A stretch of 64,000 bases of DNA from Acanthaster planci (lineage: Eukaryota): the NCBI RefSeq assembly GCF_001949145.1, contig NW_019091358.1:2118240-2182239 (forward strand), in the 5' to 3' direction. Made by a program: the position numbers and the translations under genes. Below, piece by piece: positions 12,455-24,700 of the stretch (the stretch's first letter is position 1; every line of letters begins with the position of its first letter). The notes under the pieces are model-generated. The model had not been told where the DNA came from. It did not search any database and saw nothing but the letters and a program-made list of their open reading frames with translations.

Positions 12455-15094
12455 TATAGTATATACAGCATGTCAGAACAAGTATATTTAGATATAGGTT
12501 TATATTGTATGTTCGTTTTTCAGGAAGTAAGAAAAACAGACAGAGAACGGAGGGGGGGAGGTCAATGACGAAGTGAAATAAGTAGAGGGAGACACCATTT
12601 GGTCTGAGATTTTCTCGTCGTCTGCTTTAATCAACTGAAGCAAAATGCATGTCGCAGAGTGCAGAATGTCAGCGCCTGCAGTTTATAAAAATAAACAAAG
12701 TTGAGTTCGCCGGGGGAGAAAAAAGTTTTGCGCTCACGTACTCCCCCTCAAGGCGCAGAATGCCAAATTCAAGTAGCAAACATGATCGGTTGACTGGCCG
12801 GGAGGACATTACCTCCCTCGCTGGGACAAGGTGAGTTCTCGGTGTTTTGCTAACAGCAAAAACACCGTTTTGTTTGTTATCTGATAGCGTGCCATGACAG
12901 ACTCTCGGGTGTTCCCTTCTCTCTATTCATTATTCAAGGCCAGCTATGCTCTACAAAAGAGAAGCCTCCAATTATAGGATTAGGATCAGCAACTTGAGCC
13001 GGAGATGAATTCCTTTCCCCGAAGGGTACATGTGTTCAATATACCATTTCTAATCGCCTCAAGGCATTCACATGTAAATGTTTCTTGCATTCCTTTATAC
13101 ATGTACTTCGGTTAATGCAGGTTAACAGATCGACCAAAGTAAACAGTCGACGGGAAATAATCTGTCAACTAAATTTATGATACTACAGGTCGAATAATCG
13201 ACACAAACGTACGCTCCTGAATCCTTGTAGATTCATAAGGTATGTGGGAAGACGAACATAGAATTTACCTAAACCCTAATAAAATCTGGATAAATCTTTT
13301 TCACACAGTTCCAAGGCAAACGTTTATGAAAGGCAATACATGGATAATACCATTACCCAAACATGAGTATGTATCCCCAATAGAAATGGGAGCTGCCCCT
13401 GGTACATTTTCTACGGTAATATACAATGTACGTTTGGGTGAATGGCTTAACTTAATCACCTTAACTTAATTGTTTGAAACTGTGCGATCCCACCTTTATC
13501 TTCCTCCTCCTGTCCTTCCTCTTGCTTCTTCCAGACACAAATAATTTGGGCCTTTTTTTCAATGCATGAACTTTGAGAGTTGGTATAACCATTAACCATG
13601 ATCCCAAGGTTGACGTCATGATGACCATGTGTCAAATTGCAAATAATTCAAATTTTATATCGCTACATATACAGTAAATCTTTGAGGATCAGTACAAAAT
13701 CGATCGTGAGCTATCCTTTCCGCTGATATGTGTGGCGCAATTTGCTCTGATGGATTGAAAAGTGATATGATGACCTTAATGTGATGTTGTCAGACTGGAC
13801 GTTACGACAGAAAGACCTTTATGTTAAAAACTGCTTCAAAATCAATCGTAAGAGATGTAATTTTAACTTCCTCATCATCTATTATATGCCAGTGTGTTTG
13901 TAGTCTTGGTTGCAGGACACCATTGTTATTGTGAGTTTGAGCATGCAGGGTACAGTGAAACCTTGAATACAGAGAAGAAAATGACGTTTGAAGAATATTG
14001 CATCACGATTGTGAGCTTGTAAAAGTCGCTTGCTACCTGTTGATGCATAATCAACAAGACACAGATGAGACAGAACCGAAGTTACAGATAAAGCGTGCAT
14101 GTGGTAAAGGAAGGGGGTAACAACCCCAAGACCACTGTTTGCACCTTAAAAAAAAAAAAAGACAGATGTGGGACGACGCTCAAGGGCTACTCTGCTGCAT
14201 CCAGTAATGTGAACTCCTTTGGCCCTTTGGGTCACAATTAAAAGACGGTTACAAGATGATTCTGCTGCTTGACTTCGTTTGCCTCTCCGTTGGATTTTAG
14301 GTTGGAGCCTTTACTGACGACTAAAATGCACCTTGTTTAGAGTCACATAGAACATTTCAAAGCTTTATCATAGACAACAAATCAAGGCAGGAGCTATTTG
14401 AAGCGCAGATTTCATTTTCAATTGGTCTTTGAAGCTTGAACTCGTGGTACAGGCCAACACTTAAAACCTTCCTATGTCTATAGAGGAGGAGTTGGATTAG
14501 TTATAAAAAAGGGAGAATAGGCTAAGAGACTTGGTGCAACCTTATTCGAAAACTCAATCAAAAGGTTGTTGTTAGTTGTCACTGAGAAATGTTATAATAC
14601 CGGCTATGAATTTGTGTCAACACGTTAATTAGTTTGCTCTTTTGGCTGTTGCTTTTCAATATGTCCGTGTTACTTACTTCTTGCAGCTCTCTTAACTTGC
14701 ATAGAAGTCTTTGCAATAAAACTCCTTTGTCAGAAGTCATTGCCGTGGCAAAGTGTTGGGTTGATGGACATTTTACTGTATAATTATGTGCAACTTGTTT
14801 AAATATTTGTTATGTGTCAGCATAATGTTTTGAAAATTTGCAGTTTCTTTTGAAATAATAGGCGAAGACCTGCTGGCCACTTTAACTAATTGTTGCAGTT
14901 CATTAGATAAGATAATATTGACTCACACCTCATTCTAGTATTAACTATTCTCTATTTCCTGGTACAAAAATGCCACAAAGAAGACCCCCCCAAAAAAAAG
15001 CTTGATGGAAAAACAAATTGTTTCTTTTGATTTTTCACCCATTGAGCAGTCTTTTAATAACATCTAATGGAAGCATGGGTCCACGACGATGTAA

Positions 15095-15740
15095 AGCCTG
15101 GTTTCCGTATGGTCAGTTGTAACACAGACCGTCCACAAGACGCAATTGAAATAAGTAGATTTTTTTTAATTATCCCAACAATTTCAACTTTTGGGATTCT
15201 TTGAGTTTGCTCTTCTGTCATTTTTTTGTAATAACATTTTGTGGAAATAGTGAATAAATCAAATCAAACCAAGACCCAGACATTTGGGGCACAGACGCTG
15301 CGCGACGTCATCCAAACAAAATGGCGTCTGAAACTTGGGAAATTTTCGGAAAATGCGTTTTTATGTGGCAACTTTGCCTCTTGAAGCCAATTGATACTCC
15401 AATTTGATGTAATTTGTTAATGGTCAGCTATTTCATTGACGATTGGGGCTGCAGATGCTAGTAATAAGGAGAAGATGGACAAAATTAGTGGTACTAAGCG
15501 CGAGAAGCATCGCTGTACGCCCGTCATGCCACCGTGTATGTTTGTAAAGCCTACTCTCAGCTTAGACAGTAAGCAAAATCGAACCTGGCTCAACTTTGCC
15601 GATCCGTCTCGGGCTGGTTTGCGTTATGTCTGGGTTATCGGCGATACTTTCGTTTGACGTGCTTCCATATGTCTGTGTTGCAGTTTGCTTCTTGATTGAG
15701 TGGCTCTCTGCATTTCTTACGTCAATATGGAAACCAGGCT
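15095..15740. mobile_element. 646-bp PIF/Harbinger (Tourist-like) non-autonomous element
   Basis: TIRs AGCCTGGTTTCCGTAT (15095-15110) and ATATGGAAACCAGGCT (15725-15740), 15/16 match. TAA on both flanks (15092-15094, 15741-15743), the typical PIF/Harbinger TSD. Inverted subterminal motifs AACACAGAC/GTCTGTGTT and CCCAGACAT/ATGTCTGGG. Confidence 0.85.
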
Positions 15741-18700
15741 TAAATAGTGTAATAAATATTTATCAGTTCAAGGTTAGCATTATTATGTTAGTCGGTGGTG
15801 GGAAAGGGATTTGAACTGAGATTGTTTGATTTCACAGTCAGGGTGTAACAACATATTAGCTAAAAATTTCCATACCTCTGGATTAAAAGGAAGGGCACTT
15901 GAGGGAAAAGGGAGTTCAAAAAGGCTGGTTTATGGTGATGTGGTTGATGAAAAGCGTTAGGTATAGAGAATGTGTGTGGTTCGAATTCCAAAGAGCATTT
16001 TTTTCCTAGTCTGCGTTCGTTAGAAAAGATAAATAGATATTTTAATTTACTACCCAAAGTTGTAGTCAGGAAGTTCGTTTTATTCAAGGTGAAAAAAAAA
16101 CGCTCTCTTCTCGTTATTGACTTGAACCTTACTTACTAGCACCCATAACACGTAATACGAAAATATATCATTTTTACGTTCTGATTACTGGCATTTTCTG
16201 TCAAGCCTTGTTTCATAAGGATGGTGGGTAGTCAGGTCGGTTGTTGGTCAAGTACTGCAGTCCTGGCGTCAACCATCAATACGATTATGTGGTTGCAGCG
16301 TCGCACTTACCTTGTCCGTAAAGCAATAAACGTTCATTTTAGTCCTTAATCTGGTCCAAAGCTTTAGGCTATTAGCTCAAACGTTCAGTCCATCAATTGC
16401 AGTTACTCAAAAAGGTAACGGACAAAATTTATTGTTTAAAACCATACTTGTTATGAAGATGATTATGGGACTAAACTTCCTCTAGAATCAGTCTTCTTGG
16501 CAAGCTTTGATTTTGAAGGAAACAATGAAATATGGCCTTAACAATGGAAAATCGCCTTAAGAAGCACACGCGAGCGTTGACAAAATTGGTATGCTGGATG
16601 CAATGGGGATTGTGTTGACTATCAAAGTGCCGACCATAAATGAGGAGTGATACATGCTCATCAAATAGAAGAAGCAACAAAACGTCCAAGTTTGACAAAA
16701 GGTGTCTTGTACTATTTAGGACAATGCCCCTTCTCACAAGTCAGTTGTGTCATGGCTCCTGTGCGTGGTTGTGGCTTCCAAACCTATTCAGCACCCAGCA
16801 TACTCTACTGATATAGCACTGTCGGATGAGATGTTCCCAAAGAAACCGTCGAAGAAACCGTCGGCTGAGAATAAAGATCAACATGATCATTACTTCCTAT
16901 CTGTCGATAGCCCTAACAGTTCCAAATCCTCCGATATTTTTAATACGATTTTACATACACCCTAGGGGGTAGGGTTATTGAATTATTAAAGACCAGAGTG
17001 AAACCTAGAGCAGCCAGAGATTCATGCTGTGTAGCATCGCTGGCAGAGGCGTGATGATCGCCAAGGAGACTTTGCTGAAAAACTAATTGGTTAAAAACAA
17101 ACACTGCAGAATGACATTACAGTTTGCATCGAATCCTCCAGTACTGGTGCAAAGTATACTGAATAAAAAAAAGTCATGTACAGTGCACACAAAGAAAGGA
17201 GCACTAGTTATCTCCTTGCACCTCAGGGTATGCCCAGGGTATGAAATCAACGCTCTAATCTTCAATTAACCTCGTACTTTATAATAATCCCTTTAGACCA
17301 GCAATCAATTTCCATGACAAATTGTTTTTAAAGGAAATTATAGCCAAAAAGGAAATTTAAAGAGGAAATTACTTTGAGGTTTATATCCCTGCATATTTTC
17401 AAAGGGCCGCTCATGCTTTTTGTCCTCGTGGCCATTTATGCCCATTAATTGTGAATCTACGAATATGAGTTTTATGAAAAATCCTGAATTTACAAGTGAA
17501 ATGGTCCATTGTTGTACACTGTTACTGGTTGGGATTTCCTCCATGAACTGTGAGGATGAGTCCCTATTGATATTCCCCCATGCCCAAGTATTTCACTGTT
17601 AAAAACTACGAACGCTTATCAATTTGACTTGGGATGGATGATTAGCTAAGAATACCTTCCATTCCCCTCTGAAAATCTACACCTATATTTTTATCAACGA
17701 CAGGCCCCTATTTCAGCAACTTGTATCCGTCTCATACAAATTCAGCTTAACTTTCTGCTTCAAGTTACACATGTAAATATCAGCATCTGTCAAACTTTCC
17801 TGATGACAACTTAGTGTCAAAACCTTGAGATCTCCTGTGTGGAGATTAGTTCACGGTTTGAAATGGAGATGCATTGCACTCTGTGTATTTTTCTGTTCGG
17901 ATGTGAGAGAAATGCCGCAAATCGATGGAACAGGTGCATGGAACAGGGACATAAAATTACCCGTATTACAGTCAGAGATCTACATTCCTCGTTCCTAGGT
18001 CTGGCCAAAATTCCCTAATAACTATATCTTCCACAAAGAAGTTAACAAGAAGGGGCATTTGTGTACCAGTCCACTATAAATTAGGTGGGCCCTCCCATGC
18101 CGACCTCTCCACCAGCCATACCGCCGCGGGCCGGCGGGCCGTTCACAGGGCGGTCTAATTGGGTGCGGATGTTCCAGATCCTCACTACATCCTGGGCATG
18201 CACTTGTTCAAGGAAATCAATGTGCAAGCTCTTCTACGACACAACCTGCCAGGCATAGGCGCAATACCTTATCTGTTCCGGCGGACCAACATGACCCAAG
18301 TTGTGATATACGCCCCGAGGCCTGACTACTGGTTGTTCCGCCCTCTTCGGCTTACAGAGCTATCCAGCCTCCTACCTTCTTATTATGTTCACCGGATCTT
18401 CATATTTTTGTAAAAGTCTCCCGACTTTCTTTATTATTATAAATGTGTGTCATATTTATTCACTTTGAGTCTCATTCTCACTATGATAGCTACTTTGGGT
18501 TTCAGTTTACCAGAATGTACGCACATTAATTTACCTGAATTGAAATCATAGTTCCCCCCGTCTTGTTTATGCCGGTTACTTACTTTGTACCATTTTGGGC
18601 AATTGTTTCTTTGCTAAGGCGTACTGAATTTTGTTTTTGTTTTTTTTTTGGGGGGGGGGGTAATTTCCATGTGTAACAACCTGTAACTCATATAACTGTC

Positions 18701-21700
18701 CATTGGATTCTACACTATATACACATTTCCGAGGAGACGCCGTTACTATGGTTGGACTGCAAGCACCACACTCACGCTTGCTTTGTGAGACATGAGACAC
18801 GCGTTGAGTTTGGCAAGCGACAGCCGACAGCTACGATATGTTGAAGGGACATTCAACGCGCTCGGGTACCTTCATTGCGCGGACAGTAATAGACCTATCG
18901 CTGATTTCAAGCTATAGTCACGCCCCTTAGACAAGCCCATGGAATTTTGTGTGTTGAGTTATGCTTTTGATTATAAATAGATCAAAAGTCGTTTGTCCCG
19001 CGTCCGATATTGTTTTGGATTAGACAATACTTCATAGGCTGTGCCCAGGCAATTGTATTGTGAGATCAGTCTTTATGCCAAGGCCGACTCAGAAGTCGTA
19101 ATGGGAGACGTTTTGAACTGTTTTGCAACGAAATAGCAATTAAGTCGTGTTTCCTTTTTATTTTCTACCAGTTTCCGTTTCTGCCCGTTGAACTAGGCTT
19201 ATAGTTATACAGTATCAAAATACTCGAGGCACTGTCACACCTATTGACCTGTGTATTTGTCGCTTGTTTGGCAACAACAAACTCTCGATCCATGCACAAA
19301 CATCCACAGTGGCAAAACACACTGCTTGGGAGAACAGAAAGTGCAGTAACTCTCTTGAAGTAGTCAGAATGAAATCCAAAGGAGATCTGCGAGTAGTTAC
19401 ACATGACAGAGACAACTAGAGGATTCTTCTCCCTAGAGAGAGCAAGTAGTTTCTGACTTGATAGGACAGGCTTGTCGACGGAGTAGATCCTGCCCTTAAA
19501 ATTGGCGTAGTGGAAACTTGATGCCCTCTGATATTCAGTTCCAAATGCCCGTCAAGTGCTGGTCAGGCCTGATGCAGACGGGTTGCACGTCCATGTGGAA
19601 TGCCGGGTAAAAATATCCTGAAATCAATTCGGCCAAATTGCCGCGTAGGCATTGGGGGATTGTCGTCTCTAAAAACGATGTAATCAATATGGTGGGTTTA
19701 ACCTAGATCGTACTAGTTTTGTGCTGCTGCCCAGGCTAACTGTGAGTAGACTGACCTGGCTTCCTTTGGACATGTTTTATGTTAGAAAATATCAGTGATA
19801 TCCTGTTTTGATAAAGATGAAGAGAAAATATTCGAAATCTGGCCGCCTCTTACTTCGTCAGGATCTTTTGTTCAAATTTAGAGACTGCAATGATTGAAAC
19901 GATTCGTCCTTTTTCTAAAATAGAGGATGAAAGATAAGTTGGAATAGAGGATTTTTCATGCCGGATTACCCCTCTAACTTTACCCATTGCGGACTCATTA
20001 TTTATCGATGCATCAATTTTTATTGCGGGAATAATATTTTTAGCTGGTTTGTTTACTTATTTACTTAAAAAAAGTGTATCAAATGTATTCCAAAAGAAGG
20101 TCACCGCACTTTATTTCTACTAGAAAATTAAACACTAGCAAGTCCGAGCAGTGGTACAATTATGAACTCACTTAGCCAGCCTTTGATAGGTGACACTTTC
20201 GATAGGACTGCTGGGAATTTCTCCACCACCTGTCATCTTTACACAGCTTACAAAAGGCGGACTATATATCCACTTACCATGTTGAAAAAGACTGTCACTA
20301 ACAAGAGTTTTGTCATTGTTGCACAGCAGTAGCATACTTCAACATGTATCTGGGAAACGGGGGAATGAAACCTTCTGTCCAGATTGTTTTGGGTTGGTTG
20401 TTGTAACCAGGTCAAGTGATAAAGATACTGACAGGAGGTTTTTTAGTTACATGTTTTGCTTATAAGCCTCAAAATGGCGTTTCATTCATAATGATAAGTA
20501 TATTATTCGTTGTCCTACATCGAACCAAAAAAGACTTCCGGGCTCGGAGGATATACGAGTGGCTTCATTTGCTATGCTTGAAAAGATGATCGCATAAATA
20601 CTAGCCCCAAACGAACACAAATATGCATAGGTTGATTTCCATGCCTTGTATGAAATACTGTTCACAATATGAAAGATGTAGTTATTATTAGATATTTCAC
20701 TGCTTGTCTGTTTATAAGGGTTCACTTTCAGTTCAAGTAGAAAATAGTCCCAATACAACTCACTGCATTGTCCAAGAGAGAACCCGTGTGGAACATCTTT
20801 CTGTTAAAACCGAGGTTTCAAGCAAATGTTTCTGTATTTAATTTTAATGGATTTAGAGAGACTGTCTGACATAATCAGCGTAAGTAATTTGTCCGGACCG
20901 AGCGAAAACAAAAACTGCCAACCGGATAAATGGATTAGATACTCTCTTACTGGAATCAAACACAACTGCAGTCGCAATAATGGTTGTTTCACATCGCTGT
21001 CTGCAAGATTTCCGCTTGACAACTCAGTAGTGACATCAGAGTGAGAAGGGAGTGCTCACCGTACGTATGCCTGTCGTGTTTATTCCTTCATGCCTAAGTT
21101 GATTGCCGTGTTGGTGATCTCTACCAAATCACCACCTGGCGCGTTTCCGTTTCTCCTGTGCTTTTTTTGGAGAGGCTTATGAAGCTTTGCTATTTCATTT
21201 TTTTTCGTAAGTAAATTATGGGGTGAGGCTGTCTGTCCTGGGTAGCAAGACATTAATTTTTTTCGATGAAGGGCTCTCATGTAAGAGAATGTAATACACT
21301 TTATAATGACGTGAACTTCGCTTAATAAAAAGCAAACACGAGAAATATGTTCGGGCAATGTTTAGATAAACTCTGGCTGCCTTTTACAAGCTAATCATTG
21401 TTTAGAGACTTTATTTCAAACTTTGCTTAAGCATGTTTAGCTGAAAGAGGTAGCACAAAAAAGAACAAAAATGTTCTTCAAATGTTAAGTATATTATGCA
21501 AAACAGCCCCATGATATGGCCAGAATCTGCCAAGACCTATTTATAATAACCCTATGAATTTGTTCTTCTGGAGGTTGACTAACACCAAACAGTCAATACT
21601 ACTTAATTATATTCCTAACTTAAGCTTTTAGGTAATTATGGTATTATGGTATTTTATGGATATTGATTAATTTATTCAGTTTAACAGCAGCCTCAAATTT

Positions 21701-24700
21701 GCCATGTCACCTAAATATATTAAAAAACAGTATTTCGTGTACCCACAGTGATTACAGTCGAGTAGCAAACAAATACATCAAGTAAGAATACCTCGATATT
21801 AAAGAATTACAAGGTTGTCTGCACCTGGGCTATATATCAAATTGAAATCATACCATTCATTGACCAATCTTCCAATATCCCTAACACCTGAAAACATGAT
21901 CCACCCCCTTCTTTCTTGTGCGGGAAATTCAAGGTATCAATCATACTGAGTGTAGTAAACAAACATTAAGTGCTGACAGTTTGTATGCTACTCAATAGTT
22001 TGAATCGAGGTCAGTATTAATTGACAATGTCCTTTGTGCTTCAATTTTGTGCTTCAGTGTAGGCTCGGGTTAACTCCGCTTAAATGCGACACTGGGATTT
22101 TTGTCCATGCATTTTGCTTTGTAAGATTATCTAAATACATATACAGTAATATTCCCCTTTCAAAGCTTAAGTGAAACAGTACTCCTCATTGATAATCAAA
22201 TATCCTTTAGCATTTGGTCCGAGAATGTGGACGTTGCTAGTGGTAGAACGAAAATCCCATTAGCATACTTCCAATACGGCTCATTAGATAGGAACATTAA
22301 GTGTCTTATGCTGTAACTATTTCCGAAATCGGACATTTTTGGTATCATTGATGATTTTTCATCATTTCTCTTTGATAGGAATCGCTTTAGTTTCATTTCC
22401 CCACAAACATTGCTGTACTGGTTATGGAAGCTTACATATTGCTTTAACGAAAATCCAAGAATATTTTTAAAGCCAGTTGGTTGAGGTCCTTTTCCATTGT
22501 TAGGCAATGGGTCATTTTGGGACAATTAGTGCATCTCCCTTACCTCTTTTGATGAAATGTTTACATTTCTGAAACCAAACATCTTGCATTTGCGTGGAAC
22601 CGCTTATCAAACTCTAAAGGATTTCTACCAAAATTAATTTCAATTCACTCAAAATAATTTCAATGAAATCAAGACTGATATTTAGAACCTTCGATTAAAG
22701 AGAAAAGAAATTGCTTTCACGGTCATACCTGTTCCGTTATTGCCACAGAAACAGTTACTGTCCACCTTATCATAACATTGAACGTCGTGACACGTATCAT
22801 CTTATTGAAAAATATACTGAAATATAAAAATGAATTATGGCACCGGTTCCAAAATGCATTTACATTTATTTTTTACAATTTTATTGCGTTTTCAATGTAT
22901 AAACTATACAATAAACAAATTCCTATCAGTAATGTAAACAGTAAAGATGAGTATTATGAAGCATGATTCCCAACTTCCCGATCGTCCTTTCAATTTCATT
23001 TTTTTAAATCCCTGTGATTTTATTCTGTATTTTTATGTATTTTACGATGAGTCATTCGCGATGTTCATAAATTTAGGGAATTTGGTAGTATACTGTGTGA
23101 AAATCCTCTTTTTTAAAAAGATGCCTTAGATTTCTCCTTGGAAAAGAAGGCCGCTGATACAAATTTCTTAAAATGGATAGAAAAATTTATTTTCATGTAG
23201 AAATCGCTTAAATTTTATACAAGGTGTACGAAAGTGGACTAGGTTTCACAGAAACTGTCGAAATTCTACGCACACTGCAATCAAGTGTTGAAAAAGATTG
23301 TGGTAGAAAGGCCGATTGTAAAAAATAAAACACTAAAAAAAAAAAAAAAAAAACACACGTTTGTACCCTTTTACAAGAAATATGTTAATTTTTTGCCAAT
23401 TTTTCCTGTAGCTGGATCAAATGTATATTATGCTATCTAGTGATTACACGTCAAGTTCAACTGATGATTTTGTGAGAAAATTCAACGGCAGTCCCTGGCC
23501 AATCGGTAAGAAAAAAGGAAATTAATATGTATGGTATGCTACCTTACCTAACATGTTATATTCAACCCAACCTTATATGACCTTCTGGTCATCGACATGA
23601 AGTCAAGAAACCCGGGCCAATTATGTGCTGCATTGGTGCCTATGTCCTGGCCATCATTCACATAATGAGAGTTAGCTGGGATAGCCGTCAGTGAAAGCAC
23701 TTATACGCAGCTTCTGTACAGTAATTTCCAGGGCAGTAAAGGCCCATACTCACGGTGAATGGCCTCTGCAGTCAGCCATGACCTATGCTTGGTCATTTCG
23801 ACGGAGTTCATCGTTCTTGTAGTGTACTGGGTTTGGTGCTTGTGCCAATTTTTATCTTCAATTTCCTACAGTTGCTTGTTACTGTTTATCTTCCTTTGTT
23901 TGCTTCATTTTACACGCACGTAGCAATTAATCGATGACGACTGTTTCCAATTAAACAATTTTCAGGCAAACAACAATGAAAATCCACTACTTTAATTAAA
24001 GCAATATTCAACTGTCAGTTTGGAAGCTTTGTTAATTTTTGGCCTTGCAACTTTGTCATGCGTGATATTAGGAATATGAATTGAATGACTAAGAAGCATC
24101 CAGAGAGCTCGTAAAATCGTAAAAAAGGGGATGATACGGGACCAGACGGGATTTGATGAGATACCTAAAATAAAAAACATGAAACACACCCTGCCACACC
24201 CAAGCTGTAATTCTGTGCCACTGCATATCGAAGGTTCCAAACCATGTGTCTTTCTATTTGTTTTTCTGTAATCATTCCCCTGAAGGCCAATTAGGTTGAC
24301 TGATGTGCCAACCTTCATTCCGGTAAATAAAAATTTGATCTCAGCAACGCAGATCATCGACGATCAACGCTGACATTTGCACGCAAACCTCCATTTCCTC
24401 CAACAGGAGTGGCTAGGTTACAGCCCGACTGCATGAATCTGACATACCCTTCTGAATCACAGAATTACGGAGCCGAAAAGCAGCGTGTGAGAGTAAAGTG
24501 AACAAGTGCTATTAAATACGCTAGTCAATAAGGCCTCTCAAAAACCAACATCTCACAATAAATTGCGTAAGTATGACAAACAGACTCCTTTGCAGCTCCT
24601 CTCAAGATACCATTATTAATCATTGTCATTAAATTTTCCTTAACCTTAATTTTTTATTTGTTTGTCTAAGTATGCCTTTCTTTGTATTCAATTTGTATAG

